Source of the DNA: an uncultured Solirubrobacterales bacterium
GTDB lineage: Bacteria; Actinomycetota; Thermoleophilia; Solirubrobacterales; Solirubrobacteraceae
Assembly: GCA_963751185.1 (NCBI GenBank)
Contig: CAVVTO010000009.1
Span: forward strand, 77,838-141,837
Reading direction: 5' to 3'
DNA length: 64,000 nucleotides
In this document: positions 17,049 through 26,996 of the stretch, in pieces
Layout: each line of letters begins with the position of its first letter
Numbering within the stretch: position 1 is the first letter of the stretch
Notes under the pieces: generated by a model
Database searches by the model: none
What the model saw: only the letters and a program-made list of their open reading frames with translations
What the model was told of the DNA's origin: nothing
Translations under genes and position numbers: made by a program

Positions 17049-18223
17049 CTCTCGGCCAGGATGAGCCCGAGGCGCCGCTCGAGCGTGTCGGCCAACCGCT
17101 CGCGCACGGGCCCTTCCTCAAAGCGCTCGACCAGCGCGGACAGGAAGCCCTCGATCACAAGCCGGCGGGCGACCTCCAGCTTGAGGCCCCGCGAGCGCAG
17201 GTAGAACAGCTGCTCGGGGTCGAGCTGCGCCACCGCAGCGGCGTGGGTGCAACGAACGTCGTTGGCCTGGATCTCGAGGCCGGGGATCGCGTCGGCGTGC
17301 GCGCGCTTGGAGAGCAGCAGGTTGCGCGACTCCTGGAACGCGTCCGTCTTCTGCGCGCCCGGGTCGACGATGATGTTGCCCCGCCAGACCGCGCTCGAGC
17401 GGCCGGTGAGCACCCCGCGGAAGGCGAGGTCCGAGGTCGTGTTCGGCGCCGCGTGCTCCTGGGTGGTGTCGAAGTCGATGTGCTGGCGGGCGTGGGTGGC
17501 GTAGGCGCCGGTGACCCGCGCCTCCGCGCCCTCGCCGCCGAGTCGCGTCTCCATGCGCACCCGGCCCCGCGCCGAGCCGAACCCCAGCGCCACCCAGTCG
17601 AGACCGGCGTCGCGACCGACCTCGGCGCGCTGGGCGCCGAAGATCCAGCTGCGCTCCGATAGTCCCTGGCCGCACACGTAGCGCAGGTGGGCACCGCCGC
17701 CGACGATGAGCTCGGTGACCGCGTTGAAGACGCCATTGAGCTCGGCCTCGCCCGACAAGTACTGCTCCCACACCTCGGCTCGAGCACCCTCCTCGAGCAC
17801 GACCAGGGTGCGCTGGTTGAGCAAAGTTCCGGTTCGCGCCTGCACGCTCTCAAGCGAGATCGGCGCCTCGAGAGCCACCCCGCGCGGCACGTAGACGAAC
17901 GACCCGGCGCGGTAGCCGGCGTCGTTGAGCGACACGAAGACGTCGTCGCCCGGGCGGATCAGCCTGCCGAGGTGGCGGCGCAGCAGCTCGCCGTGTTCGC
18001 TCGCCGCCTGCGCGATCGAGGTGACGATGACGCCCTCGGGCACCTCGCCGGCGGGCGCGTCGAACATCCGGTCAGCCGGATCGGCACCGCTCAACTCCTC
18101 GGCGCCCCGCACCGGCTCGTACGCGGCCAGGTTCAGCTCGGAGATGTCGGTGAACTCCCAGCCGGGGCGGCCCTTGAAGGTGGGCAGCTCCAGCGCGGGA
18201 GCGGCTGGGGCTGCACTAGCCAA
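17045..18223 (-). CDS. sufD: Fe-S cluster assembly protein SufD
   Basis: Typical SufD beta-helix C-terminal region ([10 protein letters not shown]...[15 protein letters not shown]...[30 protein letters not shown]). 8-nt overlap with sufB. Confidence 0.85.
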   Translation of the reverse strand: MASAAPAAPALELPTFKGRPGWEFTDISELNLAAYEPVRGAEELSGADPADRMFDAPAGEVPEGVIVTSIAQAASEHGELLRRHLGRLIRPGDDVFVSLNDAGYRAGSFVYVPRGVALEAPISLESVQARTGTLLNQRTLVVLEEGARAEVWEQYLSGEAELNGVFNAVTELIVGGGAHLRYVCGQGLSERSWIFGAQRAEVGRDAGLDWVALGFGSARGRVRMETRLGGEGAEARVTGAYATHARQHIDFDTTQEHAAPNTTSDLAFRGVLTGRSSAVWRGNIIVDPGAQKTDAFQESRNLLLSKRAHADAIPGLEIQANDVRCTHAAAVAQLDPEQLFYLRSRGLKLEVARRLVIEGFLSALVERFEEGPVRERLADTLERRLGLILAES

Positions 18224-19646
18224 TCGAGCCCTCCATCTGGAGCTCGATCAGCCGGTTCATCTCGACCGCGTACTCCATCGGGAGCTCCTTGGTGATCGGC
18301 TCGATGAAGCCGTTGACGATCAGCTTGGAAGCCTCGTCCTCGGGGATGCCGTGCGACATGAGGTAGAAGAGCTGGTCGTCGCCGACCTTCGAGACGGTCG
18401 CCTCGTGGCCGACGTTGACGTCGTCCTCGCCGATCCTGATCGTCGGATAGGTGTCCGAGCGCGAGTGCTCGTCGAGCAGCAGCGCGTCGCACACCACCTT
18501 CGACCGCGCGCCGTGGGCGCCCTTGGCGATCTCGAGCAGACCGCGGTAGGAGCCCCGCCCGCCGTCCTTGGAGATCGACTTGGCGAAGATGTTGCTCGTG
18601 GTGTTGGGCGCGGCGTGGATGATCTTGCCGCCGGCGTCCTGGTGCTGGCCCTTGCCCGCGAACGCGATCGACAGGATCTCGCCGTGGGCCCGCTCGCCGA
18701 GGAGGTACACGCTCGGGTACTTCATGGTCAGGCGCGAGCCCAGGTTGCAGTCGACCCACTCGACCGTCGCGTCCTCCTGCGCCACCGCCCGCTTGGTCAC
18801 GAGGTTGAACACGTTCGTCGACCAGTTCTGCACGGTCGTGTAGCGAATCCGTGCGCCCGGCTTGGCGATCAGCTCAACCACCGCGGAGTGGAGCGAATTG
18901 GATGAATAGGTGGGCGCGGTGCAGCCCTCCACGTAGTGCACGTATGACCCCTCGTCGGCGATGATCAACGTGCGCTCGAACTGTCCCATCGATTCCGTGT
19001 TGATCCGGAAGTAGGCCTGGAGCGGCATCTCGACGTGGACGCCCGGGGGCACGTACACGAACGAGCCGCCGGACCAGACCGAGCTGTTGAGCGCCGCGAG
19101 CTTGTTGTCGTTAGGCGGGATCACGGTGGCGAAGTACTCCCGCACGAGGTCTTCGTGCTCGCGCAGCCCCGAGTCCATGTCCTTGAAGATCACGCCCTGC
19201 TTCTCGAGGTCCTCGCGCACCTGGTGGTAGACGACCTCGGACTCGTACTGGGCCCCGACGCCCGACAGGAACTTGCGCTCGGCCTCGGGGATCCCGAGCC
19301 GGTCGAACGTCTTCTTGACGTCGTCGGGCACGTCGTCCCACGAGCGCTCGGCGCGCTCTGATGCGCGGACGAAGTAGTGGATGTCGTCGTAGTCGACCTC
19401 CTGGAGCATCGGCGAGCCCCAGGTCGGCTGCGGCCGCGAGAGGAAATGCTCGAGCGCCTTGAGGCGGAACTCGCGCATCCACTGCGGCTCTGACTTGAAC
19501 TCCGAGATCTTCTCGACGATCTCCCGATTCAGCCCCTTGGGCGCCTTGTACAGGTAGTTCTCGGCGTCGTGGAAGCCATATCGCTGCTCGTAATCGGCGT
19601 TGATCGCCGCCAGGGCAGCATTCTCGGTGGTGACGTCTACAGCCAC
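18216..19646 (-). CDS. sufB: Fe-S cluster assembly protein SufB
   Basis: Highly conserved SufB sequence (YGFHD...HYFVRA...[16 protein letters not shown]...[21 protein letters not shown]). Start placed at GTG 19646 after a GGAGGTGGAG Shine-Dalgarno, overlapping the TAG of the Rieske gene by 1 nt. The 575-aa track ORF over-extends upstream. Confidence 0.9.
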   Translation of the reverse strand: MAVDVTTENAALAAINADYEQRYGFHDAENYLYKAPKGLNREIVEKISEFKSEPQWMREFRLKALEHFLSRPQPTWGSPMLQEVDYDDIHYFVRASERAERSWDDVPDDVKKTFDRLGIPEAERKFLSGVGAQYESEVVYHQVREDLEKQGVIFKDMDSGLREHEDLVREYFATVIPPNDNKLAALNSSVWSGGSFVYVPPGVHVEMPLQAYFRINTESMGQFERTLIIADEGSYVHYVEGCTAPTYSSNSLHSAVVELIAKPGARIRYTTVQNWSTNVFNLVTKRAVAQEDATVEWVDCNLGSRLTMKYPSVYLLGERAHGEILSIAFAGKGQHQDAGGKIIHAAPNTTSNIFAKSISKDGGRGSYRGLLEIAKGAHGARSKVVCDALLLDEHSRSDTYPTIRIGEDDVNVGHEATVSKVGDDQLFYLMSHGIPEDEASKLIVNGFIEPITKELPMEYAVEMNRLIELQMEGSIG

Positions 19647-19963
19647 TACTCCACCTCCAGCTTGATCGTCTCGTCTTCGATGATCACCGGGAAGGTGTCC
19701 ACCGGAACATATGCGGGCAAAGTCTTCGGGTTGCCGGTCTTCAGGTCGAACAGCGACCCGTGCCTTGGGCACTCGACCGTGCAGCTTTCCTGATCGAACT
19801 CGCCCTCCGCGAGCGGTCCGTTGTCGTGCGAGCACCGGTCCTCGATGGCGTACAGACTGCCGCCGCAATTGAACACGCCGATCTCGAGGTCCTCCCACTC
19901 GACGAGGCGACGTTCGCCCGGTCCGAGCTCGTCCACACGACACACGTCAATGATCTCCGGCAC
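19646..19963 (-). CDS. Rieske [2Fe-2S] ferredoxin-like protein
   Basis: CSHDNGPL...CPRHGSLF (CxH...CxxH Rieske ligands). Confidence 0.85.
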   Translation of the reverse strand: MPEIIDVCRVDELGPGERRLVEWEDLEIGVFNCGGSLYAIEDRCSHDNGPLAEGEFDQESCTVECPRHGSLFDLKTGNPKTLPAYVPVDTFPVIIEDETIKLEVE

Positions 19964-19993
19964 AGCTAAATCCTAGCGCACCGATAGGAATTT

Positions 19994-20413
19994 CTAGGCG
20001 GCGCTGCTCTCCGGCTCCCACCCCGCGGCGTGCCCCAGCGAGGCGCCCTTCAGCACCTTCAGCGACAGCAGGGCGCACTTCAACCGCGTGGCGGAGATAT
20101 CGATCCCGAGCAGATCGAGCACGAACGACCGATCGAGCGACAACAGCTCCTCAACCCGCATCCCCTTGACCTCGTCCGAGGTCATCGACGCCGCCGCCTG
20201 CGAGATCGCACACCCGTGCCCCGAGAACCGCACCGCCTCGATCCGCCCCTCCCCGTCCAGCGCCAGCTGCACCCGCAGCTCATCCCCGCACAGCGGGTTC
20301 AGATCCTGGAACTCCAGGTCGGCCCCCTCCAGCTCCGCCTCCGGCGGACTCCAGTTATGGGGGTGTTTGTAGTGGTCGAGGATGTTCTCGCGATACAGCT
20401 CTTCCATCGCCAT
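19994..20413 (-). CDS. sufU: SufU/IscU-type Fe-S scaffold (sulfur acceptor)
   Basis: YKHPHNW...[10 protein letters not shown]...[15 protein letters not shown]. The track start at 20443 would overlap the HNH gene stop (ATGA). The internal Met codons at 20413 and 20407 fit the family N-terminus ([13 protein letters not shown]) better. Confidence 0.8.
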   Translation of the reverse strand: MAMEELYRENILDHYKHPHNWSPPEAELEGADLEFQDLNPLCGDELRVQLALDGEGRIEAVRFSGHGCAISQAAASMTSDEVKGMRVEELLSLDRSFVLDLLGIDISATRLKCALLSLKVLKGASLGHAAGWEPESSAA

Positions 20414-20439
20414 CAAGCGTAGCGGCCCTGCGGCACCCG

Positions 20440-21762
20440 TCATCCGGCCGCCAACGCCCTTGGCAGCAGGGCATCCATCGCCAGGTCATAGTCCAGCGAC
20501 TCCCCGGCCGACAGCGGCCGGCACGTGAACGCATCCACGACTACGCCGCGCGCCCGGTGCTGCTCGGCAAGCGAGCCTCCCACCACCGAGCCGCACTCAG
20601 GCGCCGGCGCAATCGCCCTCCCATCCGGCCGGCGGAACCTCACTGCCCCGCCGCGCGATCGCTCCACCCTGAACCCGCCTTCGTGCACCAACCGATGGTG
20701 ATAGGAGCACAACTGCACCAGGTTCTCCAGCGCGGTCGGCCCGCCCCGGGCCCAATGCTGGATGTGGTGGGCATGCAGGAAGTTTTGATGTGTGCAGCCG
20801 GGAAAGCGGCAGCCGTCGTCCCGGCTTCGCAGCGCCCGCCGCAGCGCCGGCGGAATCGTCCGCGTCCGCCTGCCCACGCTCAGCGGCCGCCCGTCCCGCT
20901 CCACGATCCGCACCACCGCCGCATCGCAGCCCAGTCGGCGCGCCGTCTCCGCGGGAAGTGTCGGTCCGTCCGCCAGCTCCGCCCGCTCGACCACGTCCTC
21001 CGACGCGAGCGTCGCCGCATCGACATGGACCACGATCTCGGGCACAGCCGGACTGGCGCCCCCAGCCGGGGAGGCCGCGCCAGCCCCCGCGGCGACGGCG
21101 GCGAGAGCGCCCTTGGCCAGCGCGACCAGCGCGTCGGCGCGGCGGGCGGCAACCGGCGACGCCACGTAGTCGTCCTCCTCGTGCGACTCCTGGAGCGCGT
21201 CCACCGCGTTGATCATGATCGCGGCGTCATCGGGCGGCAGCTGTCCTTCCAACCGCAGCGACCCGTCCTCGTTCCAGCTCCACCTCAGATACCGACACTC
21301 CTGGGCACGCTGAGCCGCTCCCAGCGTCGCCGACAGCGCCTTCGAATAGCAGCGCACGAGCTTCTCGAGCTGCGCGCCGGTGGCGTGTCGCGCGATCTCG
21401 AGCAGTCCGGCCTCAGTCGCCGGCGTCGCCGCGCGCGTCAGGGCGCGCACCTTGCAATACGACAGCTGCCCGCGGGAGAACGCCTCGCGGATAGCAGGCA
21501 GCTCCTGGAGCCGATGCGCGACCCGCACCTGCTCCCGCGCCGCCCCAAGCCCGAGCGAGCACTTCCAGGAAAGCCAGTGTGCGCACGACTTCACGCCCCA
21601 ATCCGCCCATCCACCTCGCGCATCGAACTCCGCGATCAGCGACAGCCAGCGGCAGGTCGCGACCGCGATGTGCGCGGCCAGTTCACAGATCTCCTGCTCG
21701 AGCTCGTCGAGTGATGGGGTCGCCGAAGATTCGGGCAGATCAAGGGCTACAACCGAACACAT
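20440..21762 (-). CDS. DUF222 / HNH endonuclease (REP13E12-like family)
   Basis: C-terminus [47 protein letters not shown] (HNH). The N-terminal helical region ([40 protein letters not shown]) is typical of DUF222. Start set at ATG 21762; the track ORF extends to 21996. Confidence 0.8.
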   Translation of the reverse strand: MCSVVALDLPESSATPSLDELEQEICELAAHIAVATCRWLSLIAEFDARGGWADWGVKSCAHWLSWKCSLGLGAAREQVRVAHRLQELPAIREAFSRGQLSYCKVRALTRAATPATEAGLLEIARHATGAQLEKLVRCYSKALSATLGAAQRAQECRYLRWSWNEDGSLRLEGQLPPDDAAIMINAVDALQESHEEDDYVASPVAARRADALVALAKGALAAVAAGAGAASPAGGASPAVPEIVVHVDAATLASEDVVERAELADGPTLPAETARRLGCDAAVVRIVERDGRPLSVGRRTRTIPPALRRALRSRDDGCRFPGCTHQNFLHAHHIQHWARGGPTALENLVQLCSYHHRLVHEGGFRVERSRGGAVRFRRPDGRAIAPAPECGSVVGGSLAEQHRARGVVVDAFTCRPLSAGESLDYDLAMDALLPRALAAG

Positions 21763-21792
21763 GTTCGATAGACTACGCGTACCCGCGGACGG

Positions 21793-21850
21793 AACCGAGC
21801 GTCCGCCGCACCGAGAAACCGAGCGTCCGCCGCGCACCGAGCGAACGCGC
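21793..21850. repeat. About 24-bp direct repeats (AACCGAGCGTCCGCCGC twice, plus a degenerate third copy) upstream of the HNH gene
   Basis: Read directly: AACCGAGCGTCCGCCGC at 21793-21809 and 21817-21833, then ACCGAGCGAACGCG. Confidence 0.7.
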
Positions 21851-21961
21851 GCGGGATCGCAAGGTCGCAGACCGACACGTGCAACCCCAAAGTTGCGTTT
21901 CTGCGGAAACGTCGAGGGCGAGTACCACGGGTCGTTGTCTCGGCCGCCGTCCCGGGGCTGG

Positions 21962-22318
21962 TCAGATGAAGTAGTGGCCCTGTTCGACGTCCGCAATGAG
22001 GCCCGGGTGGGCGGGCTTCCAGCCCAGGAGCTCCTGGGTGATGGTGCTGGAGGCGGGCATGTCAGTGATGAGCAGGGGCACGAGCATGCCGCCGAACTCT
22101 TCGGCCGGCAGGGACCGGGCGGGCAGGTTCAGGTGCCGGCCGATGGCCTCGGCGATCTCCCGAACGGGCACGCCTTCGTCACCGACGGCGTTGAGCACCG
22201 CGCCGTCGGGCGCCCGTTCGATGGCTAGCCGGTACAGGCTCGCTGCGTCCTTCACGTGGACGGCGGGCCAGCGGCTGGTCCCATCGCCGATGTAGCCCGA
22301 GACGCCCTTGGCCCGGGC
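21962..22318 (-). pseudogene. 5'-truncated remnant of an NmrA/atypical-SDR oxidoreductase (only the C-terminal ~120 codons remain)
   Basis: ARAKGVSGYIGDGTSRWPAVHVKDAASLYRLAIERAPDGAVLNAVGDEGVPVREIAEAIG...LGWKPAHPGLIADVEQGHYF is the C-terminal third of this family. No Rossmann GxxGxxG region precedes it, and the frame runs antisense into the TetR ORF. Confidence 0.6.
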
Positions 22319-22724
22319 CGCACCGAACGCGCGTGAGCGCCTGGAGACCGCCGCGCTGGACCTGTTCGTGGAGAACGGCTACGAGGAAACGACCGTCGCG
22401 CAGATCGCGGACCGTGCCGGCTTGAACCGCGCCACGTTCTTCCGGCACTTCGCCGACAAGCGAGAGGTCCTGTTCGGCGGTGAAGACGTGCTGGCCGGGC
22501 TGTTTGGCGACGCCATCCGGGATGCGTCGCCGGATGCGACGCTCATCGAGTGCCTGCAGGCTGCGTTCGCCGTCGAGCGCTGGATGAAGGCGAACGACGA
22601 CGAACCGTTCCCCCTCCATGCCGCAGCGGCCTTGAGTGACCTGCAGACGCGCGCGGCCGAGCTCGACTCCCGGTGCATCCCGCCAGCACGAGCGCTAATC
22701 GACCCGGTTAGCGAAACGGTTTGA
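22308..22724 (+). CDS. TetR-family HTH protein, probably truncated or decayed
   Basis: RERLETAALDLFVENGYEETTVAQIADRAGLNRATFFRHFADKREVL is a TetR HTH. The ORF is only 138 aa, and its first codons are antisense to the SDR remnant. No promoter-sized gap is left. Confidence 0.5.
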   Translation: MARAAPNARERLETAALDLFVENGYEETTVAQIADRAGLNRATFFRHFADKREVLFGGEDVLAGLFGDAIRDASPDATLIECLQAAFAVERWMKANDDEPFPLHAAAALSDLQTRAAELDSRCIPPARALIDPVSETV

Positions 22725-22738
22725 ACGGATGGCCCGGG

Positions 22739-23149
22739 ATGAGCACGATGGATGCTCCTACACGCCGAACTCGCCGAAACCCCGAGGAGGGTCCATTGTC
22801 CGAATCTGTCAGAACCATCACCGACGATCGGTTCGTTGCCGAGGTACTCGAAGCCGAGTCTCCCGTCGTCGTCGACTTCTGGGCCGCCTGGTGCCCGCCC
22901 TGCCGACTGATGGACCCGATCATCGCCGAGCTCGCCGCCGAGCGACCCGACGTCCGCTTCGCCAAGCTCGACGTCGACGCCAACCAGCGGACCGCGGTCG
23001 ACCACGGAGTGTTGTCGATGCCGACGCTGCTGGTCTTCCGAAGCGGTCAAGAGGTCCTGCGGCTCGTGGGCGCCCGTCCCAAGCGTCGACTGACCGAGGA
23101 GCTCGAGTCCGCGCTCGGAGCAGCAACGGTGGGCACGCCGGCGATCTGA
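22739..23149 (+). CDS. Thioredoxin with CPPC active site
   Basis: VVVDFWAAWCPPCRLMDPIIAELA...KLDVDANQ...GVLSMPTLLVF. The start is ambiguous (TTG 22721, ATG 22739 or ATG 22748). Confidence 0.8.
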   Translation: MSTMDAPTRRTRRNPEEGPLSESVRTITDDRFVAEVLEAESPVVVDFWAAWCPPCRLMDPIIAELAAERPDVRFAKLDVDANQRTAVDHGVLSMPTLLVFRSGQEVLRLVGARPKRRLTEELESALGAATVGTPAI

Positions 23150-23216
23150 AGGGAAGCATCACGAGTAGAGCGATCCCCGGCGAAACAGCGGGCGGCCCCG
23201 CGAGTAGGGTGGCGGC

Positions 23217-24119
23217 ATGGAGCTCCGCCAGCTCGAGTACTTCGCAGCGGTCGCCCGCCACCGTCACTTTGGTCGCGCCGCCACCGAGGTCTACGTCACT
23301 CAGTCGGCGCTCTCGCAGCAGATAGCCAGACTCGAGGCCGAGCTGGGAGTCAAGCTGCTCGCGCGGACGGCGAAGGGCGTCGAGATGACGCCGGCGGGCG
23401 AAGAGCTCAACGACCATGCGGCGACGATCCTGCACCAGGTCGCCAGCGCGCGAGCGGCGATCGATGGACACCGGGGCGCCGTCCGCGGCGTCGCCCGGAT
23501 CGCCGCGACTTCGCACGACTCGGCAGCCCTAACGCCAGCGCTTGTCGCATTCCACCGGTCCCATCCGCAGACGCAGCTCTCGCTGCGTCACGCTCCGCCC
23601 GCCCAGCTGCTCGAGCTGCTGGCGACAGGAGCGGTCGACGGGGTGGTGCTTGGGGTCGACGGTGGGGAACCCCGGATGCCGGCCGGCGCGATCGCGCGCA
23701 CGCTCACGGAGGAACCGCTTCGGCTCTTGTGCGCCCCGGACGACCCTCTCGCGGACACGACCGACGTTTCGATCGAGGCCTTGCGGGGGGTCCCCGTGAT
23801 CCTGCCCGAGCGCGGCACTGCGCTGCGCGAGATGGTCGTCACGAGCTGCCAAGCGGCCGGCTTCAGCCCTCTGCCGCTGTTCGAGACGAGCGATCGGCTG
23901 ACGATCCGGACGCTGGCCGCCGAGGGTCTCGGGTACAGCGCGGTCCCCGAGTCATGGGCGCAGGGGGACGGCCCCAAAACCGGGATCGCCAGCTTCGCCG
24001 ATCCCACCCCCCGCTACCGCGTCGCACTTGTCCACGGCGAACAAATGCCGCCGATCGGAACTCTGCTCATCCAAGAGCTGGCTGCGTTCTTCGCGGCGAC
24101 CGGCTACCGACCGCGCTAG
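23217..24119 (+). CDS. LysR-type transcriptional regulator
   Basis: MELRQLEYFAAVARHRHFGRAATEVYVTQSALSQQIARLEAELGVKLLART. Confidence 0.9.
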   Translation: MELRQLEYFAAVARHRHFGRAATEVYVTQSALSQQIARLEAELGVKLLARTAKGVEMTPAGEELNDHAATILHQVASARAAIDGHRGAVRGVARIAATSHDSAALTPALVAFHRSHPQTQLSLRHAPPAQLLELLATGAVDGVVLGVDGGEPRMPAGAIARTLTEEPLRLLCAPDDPLADTTDVSIEALRGVPVILPERGTALREMVVTSCQAAGFSPLPLFETSDRLTIRTLAAEGLGYSAVPESWAQGDGPKTGIASFADPTPRYRVALVHGEQMPPIGTLLIQELAAFFAATGYRPR

Positions 24120-24128
24120 CCGAGTGCG

Positions 24129-25622
24129 CTAGCCGAGCGCAGTGAGCAGCGCGGCACCATCCGGGCTCCCCAACCCGGTGCAGGGATCCCAGCCTGGCCC
24201 GGCGGTGTACGCCCCGTTGTTGCCCTGGGTGATGTCGTGAAAGCCGGCGGCAGCGGAGGCTTGATAGAGCCGCGGCTGGACGAATCCGACCGGCTGGCCG
24301 AGCGACTCGTTGATCAGCGCGATCAAGCCGGCCCACAGAGGCGCGACCGCGCTGGTGCCGCCGACCGACTCCTGGTTGCCGTCGACGTAGATCGAGTAGC
24401 CGGTCTGAGGATCGGCGTCACCGGCCACGTCGGGCACGCCGCGGCCCGGGCTACCGGTGTCGACGTTGTCCGGCATGGTCACGCCCGTCTGATAGGAGGG
24501 CACCGGGAACTCGATGCTTATACCCCCACCCCCCGCGCCGTCGCTCGGCAGATCGTTCCAGACGACCTCCGAGGTCGCGGCGTCGTTCGAGATCTGCAGC
24601 GAAGTGCCGCCACACCCCAACGCGTGCGGCGCCGAGGAGGGAAAGTCGACGTGCTGCTTGCCGTCGGTGACGCCGTCGGTCGAACCGTTGTCACCCGCGG
24701 CAACCGTCACGGTGACACCGGCCGCGGCGGCCTCCGTCAATACCTGCTCCATCTGAGTCCTGGCCTGCTGAGTCCAGGAGTCCTCGGGGCCGCCCCAGCT
24801 GATCGAGACCACGGTCGGCTTGTTGGTGGTGTCGTGCACCGCGGTCGAGACGGCGTCGATGAAGCCCTGGTCGGTGTTGGGCGAGAAGTAGACGACGAAC
24901 TTCGCCCCGGGCGCAACGGAGCCGGCCACCTCGATGTCGAGCATCACCTCGCCATCCTCGTCCGGATTCGTGCCCGGGGAGTTCGTGCCACCATCGACGC
25001 CGACCGCGGTCACACTCGGCGCGGTCAGCCCGAGGCCCGAGAAGTAGGTGTTCAGATCGCTCTGGCTGAACCCGCCACCGAGCTCGATGAACCCCACCGT
25101 CTCCCCCGCGCCGGTCACTCCGGCGGGAAAGCTGTAGGCCGCCGCGACCTGGAGCGGCGTGTACGAGGTCGCGTCGGCGGCTGGCGCCTGGGGGCGAATG
25201 TAGGGCCTCGCTTGCGGACGCTCATCGATCCCGAACGCGCCGATGATCACTCCGTCCAACCCCCGGGGGATGGTCAAGGGTCCCTGCCGTCCGCGGTAGG
25301 GACCGGCGGTGGGGTGCTCCAACAGCTGGAGCTCCTGCGCGCCAAAGGCCTGCGCCATCGCCTCCACCGTTCCGCGCAGCTGCACCGCCCGGCGCCCGCC
25401 ATCGACCTCGGCCACGTCAAGCCCATACTGACCAGCGAACGCTCGCACGGCGGCGACATCCTCGTCACGCGCCCCGTACCCCGTTGCCAGCTCGGAGCGC
25501 GACAGCGTTCGCCGCTCAGCCGGAGCGCGACCCGCCTCTTGGTCGACCCAGTCGAGCGATACCGACGCGCGCAGATACACCGTGACTGAAATCTCCCGGC
25601 GCAGATCGACCTCCCCGATCAC
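24129..25622 (-). CDS. Sedolisin (peptidase S53), kumamolisin-like with pro-domain
   Basis: Collinear by eye with Bacillus kumamolisin: ISVTVYLR pro-domain start, YTPLQVAAAYSFP, IELGGG, GEVMLDIEVAG, ISWGGPEDSW, GDNGSTDG, GGTSAVAPLWAGLIALINE, GPGWDPCTGLGSP. No signal peptide. GTG start. Confidence 0.85.
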   Translation of the reverse strand: MIGEVDLRREISVTVYLRASVSLDWVDQEAGRAPAERRTLSRSELATGYGARDEDVAAVRAFAGQYGLDVAEVDGGRRAVQLRGTVEAMAQAFGAQELQLLEHPTAGPYRGRQGPLTIPRGLDGVIIGAFGIDERPQARPYIRPQAPAADATSYTPLQVAAAYSFPAGVTGAGETVGFIELGGGFSQSDLNTYFSGLGLTAPSVTAVGVDGGTNSPGTNPDEDGEVMLDIEVAGSVAPGAKFVVYFSPNTDQGFIDAVSTAVHDTTNKPTVVSISWGGPEDSWTQQARTQMEQVLTEAAAAGVTVTVAAGDNGSTDGVTDGKQHVDFPSSAPHALGCGGTSLQISNDAATSEVVWNDLPSDGAGGGGISIEFPVPSYQTGVTMPDNVDTGSPGRGVPDVAGDADPQTGYSIYVDGNQESVGGTSAVAPLWAGLIALINESLGQPVGFVQPRLYQASAAAGFHDITQGNNGAYTAGPGWDPCTGLGSPDGAALLTALG

Positions 25623-25706
25623 CGGGTGGCCGGGCTCCCGGCGCCGCTCGCTGCCGGGAATGACAACACGTTCTTCAGGTGAGATACGACTAGGTTCTCA
25701 GGTCGG

Positions 25707-25730
25707 GCCGCCCCGTGTCGAGAGGGCGGC
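25707..25730 (-). terminator. GC hairpin downstream of sufS
   Basis: GCCGCCC-n10-GGGCGGC, 10-33 nt past the sufS stop. No clear U-tract. Confidence 0.3.
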
Positions 25731-25739
25731 GCAGGCGGC

Positions 25740-26996
25740 TCAGTCCAGCTGCAGCGTCGCTCGGACCCGCCCCAGGCCCTCGATCAGACGATCCACATCC
25801 GCGACGGAGTTGTGCACCGCGAACGAGGCCCGGGTTGTCGCGGGCACGCCCAGCCGGCGCATCAGCGGCTGCGCGCAGTGGTGCCCGGCGCGCACGCACA
25901 CACCCTGACTGCCGAGGATGTCCGCGATGTCGTGCGGATGCGCGCCGTCCAAGACAAAGGACACCAAGGCACCGCGATCAGAAGCGGACAAGGGCCCCTG
26001 GATGCTCAACCCCGGGACCTCGCCCGAACCAAAACGCTCCAAGAGCTCCGAAACCAGCGCCTGCTCGTGGGCATGGATCCGCTCGATCCCGACCGCGCGA
26101 ATCCAGTCGACGGCCGCGCCCAAGCCGATCGCCTCGGCGATCTGGGACGTCCCGGCCTCGAACTTCCAGGGCAGGTCGGTCCAGGTCGACTCATTGGCCG
26201 CCACGGTCCGGATCATGTGGCCGCCGCCGATGAACGGCGGCATCTCCTCGAGCAACTCGCGTCGGCCGTGCAAGACGCCAACACCCGTAGGCCCGTAGGC
26301 CTTGTGGCCTGTCCAGGCGTAGAAGTCGGCATCCAAGTCAGGAAGCCAAACCGGCAGCTGCGGCACGGCCTGGGCCCCGTCGACCAGCACCACGGCTCCG
26401 GCTTCGTGCGCACGGCGAACGATCTCCGCCACCGGATTGACCGTGCCCAAAACATTTGACACATGCACAAAAGCCACCAACCGCGGACCCCGCTCCAACA
26501 ACCCATCCAGCGCATCCAGATCCAACAAACCATCATCAAGAATCGGCACGTACGCGAGCTCGGCCTCTCGGTCCTGGCACAGCAGCTGCCAGGGCACGAT
26601 GTTCGAGTGGTGCTCCATCTCGGTGAGCACGACCAGGTCGCCCCGGTTCACGTTCTGACGCCCCCAGGTGTACGCGACCAAGTTGATCGCGGCCGTCGCG
26701 TTCGCCGTAAACACAGTCTCTTCGGGCGTCGATCCCAGCCACGAAGCGATCCGCCCCCGGGCGTCCTCGAACAACGTCGTCGCCTCGTCGGCGAGCGGAT
26801 ACACCCCGCGGTGAATCGACGCCCGCGAGTGCGTGTAGTACGACGTCATCGCGTCGATCACCGGCGTCGGCGTCTGCGAGGTTGCCGACGAGTCCAGGTA
26901 AGTCAGTGGGTGCCCACCAAAGGTCCGCCGCAGGACCGGGAACTCCGCAGCAAGATCCCCGACGGAAACCCCAGAGATCCCGGATACCGAAGCCAT
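25740..26996 (-). CDS. sufS: Cysteine desulfurase SufS (class V aminotransferase)
   Basis: YLDSSATSQTP, DADFYAWTGHKAYGPTGVG (PLP lysine), RAGHHCAQPL (active-site Cys loop). Confidence 0.9.
   Translation of the reverse strand: MASVSGISGVSVGDLAAEFPVLRRTFGGHPLTYLDSSATSQTPTPVIDAMTSYYTHSRASIHRGVYPLADEATTLFEDARGRIASWLGSTPEETVFTANATAAINLVAYTWGRQNVNRGDLVVLTEMEHHSNIVPWQLLCQDREAELAYVPILDDGLLDLDALDGLLERGPRLVAFVHVSNVLGTVNPVAEIVRRAHEAGAVVLVDGAQAVPQLPVWLPDLDADFYAWTGHKAYGPTGVGVLHGRRELLEEMPPFIGGGHMIRTVAANESTWTDLPWKFEAGTSQIAEAIGLGAAVDWIRAVGIERIHAHEQALVSELLERFGSGEVPGLSIQGPLSASDRGALVSFVLDGAHPHDIADILGSQGVCVRAGHHCAQPLMRRLGVPATTRASFAVHNSVADVDRLIEGLGRVRATLQLD

Noticed and set aside
18216-19943. Extended N-termini of several track ORFs: SufB 575 aa, SufC 382 aa, GlnA 482 aa, ACAD 453 aa, WXG100 193 aa, HNH 518 aa, DUF427 319 aa, lipoprotein 219 aa
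   Set aside because: The upstream extensions are Arg/Pro-rich, overlap neighbouring genes, and precede internal starts. Those internal starts have Shine-Dalgarno sequences or family-typical N-termini, so they were used instead.
20440-21762. The HNH gene as part of a restriction or anti-phage defence system
   Set aside because: No partner genes (methylase, ATPase, helicase) are adjacent. The DUF222-HNH architecture is that of the REP13E12-type selfish or repeat family.
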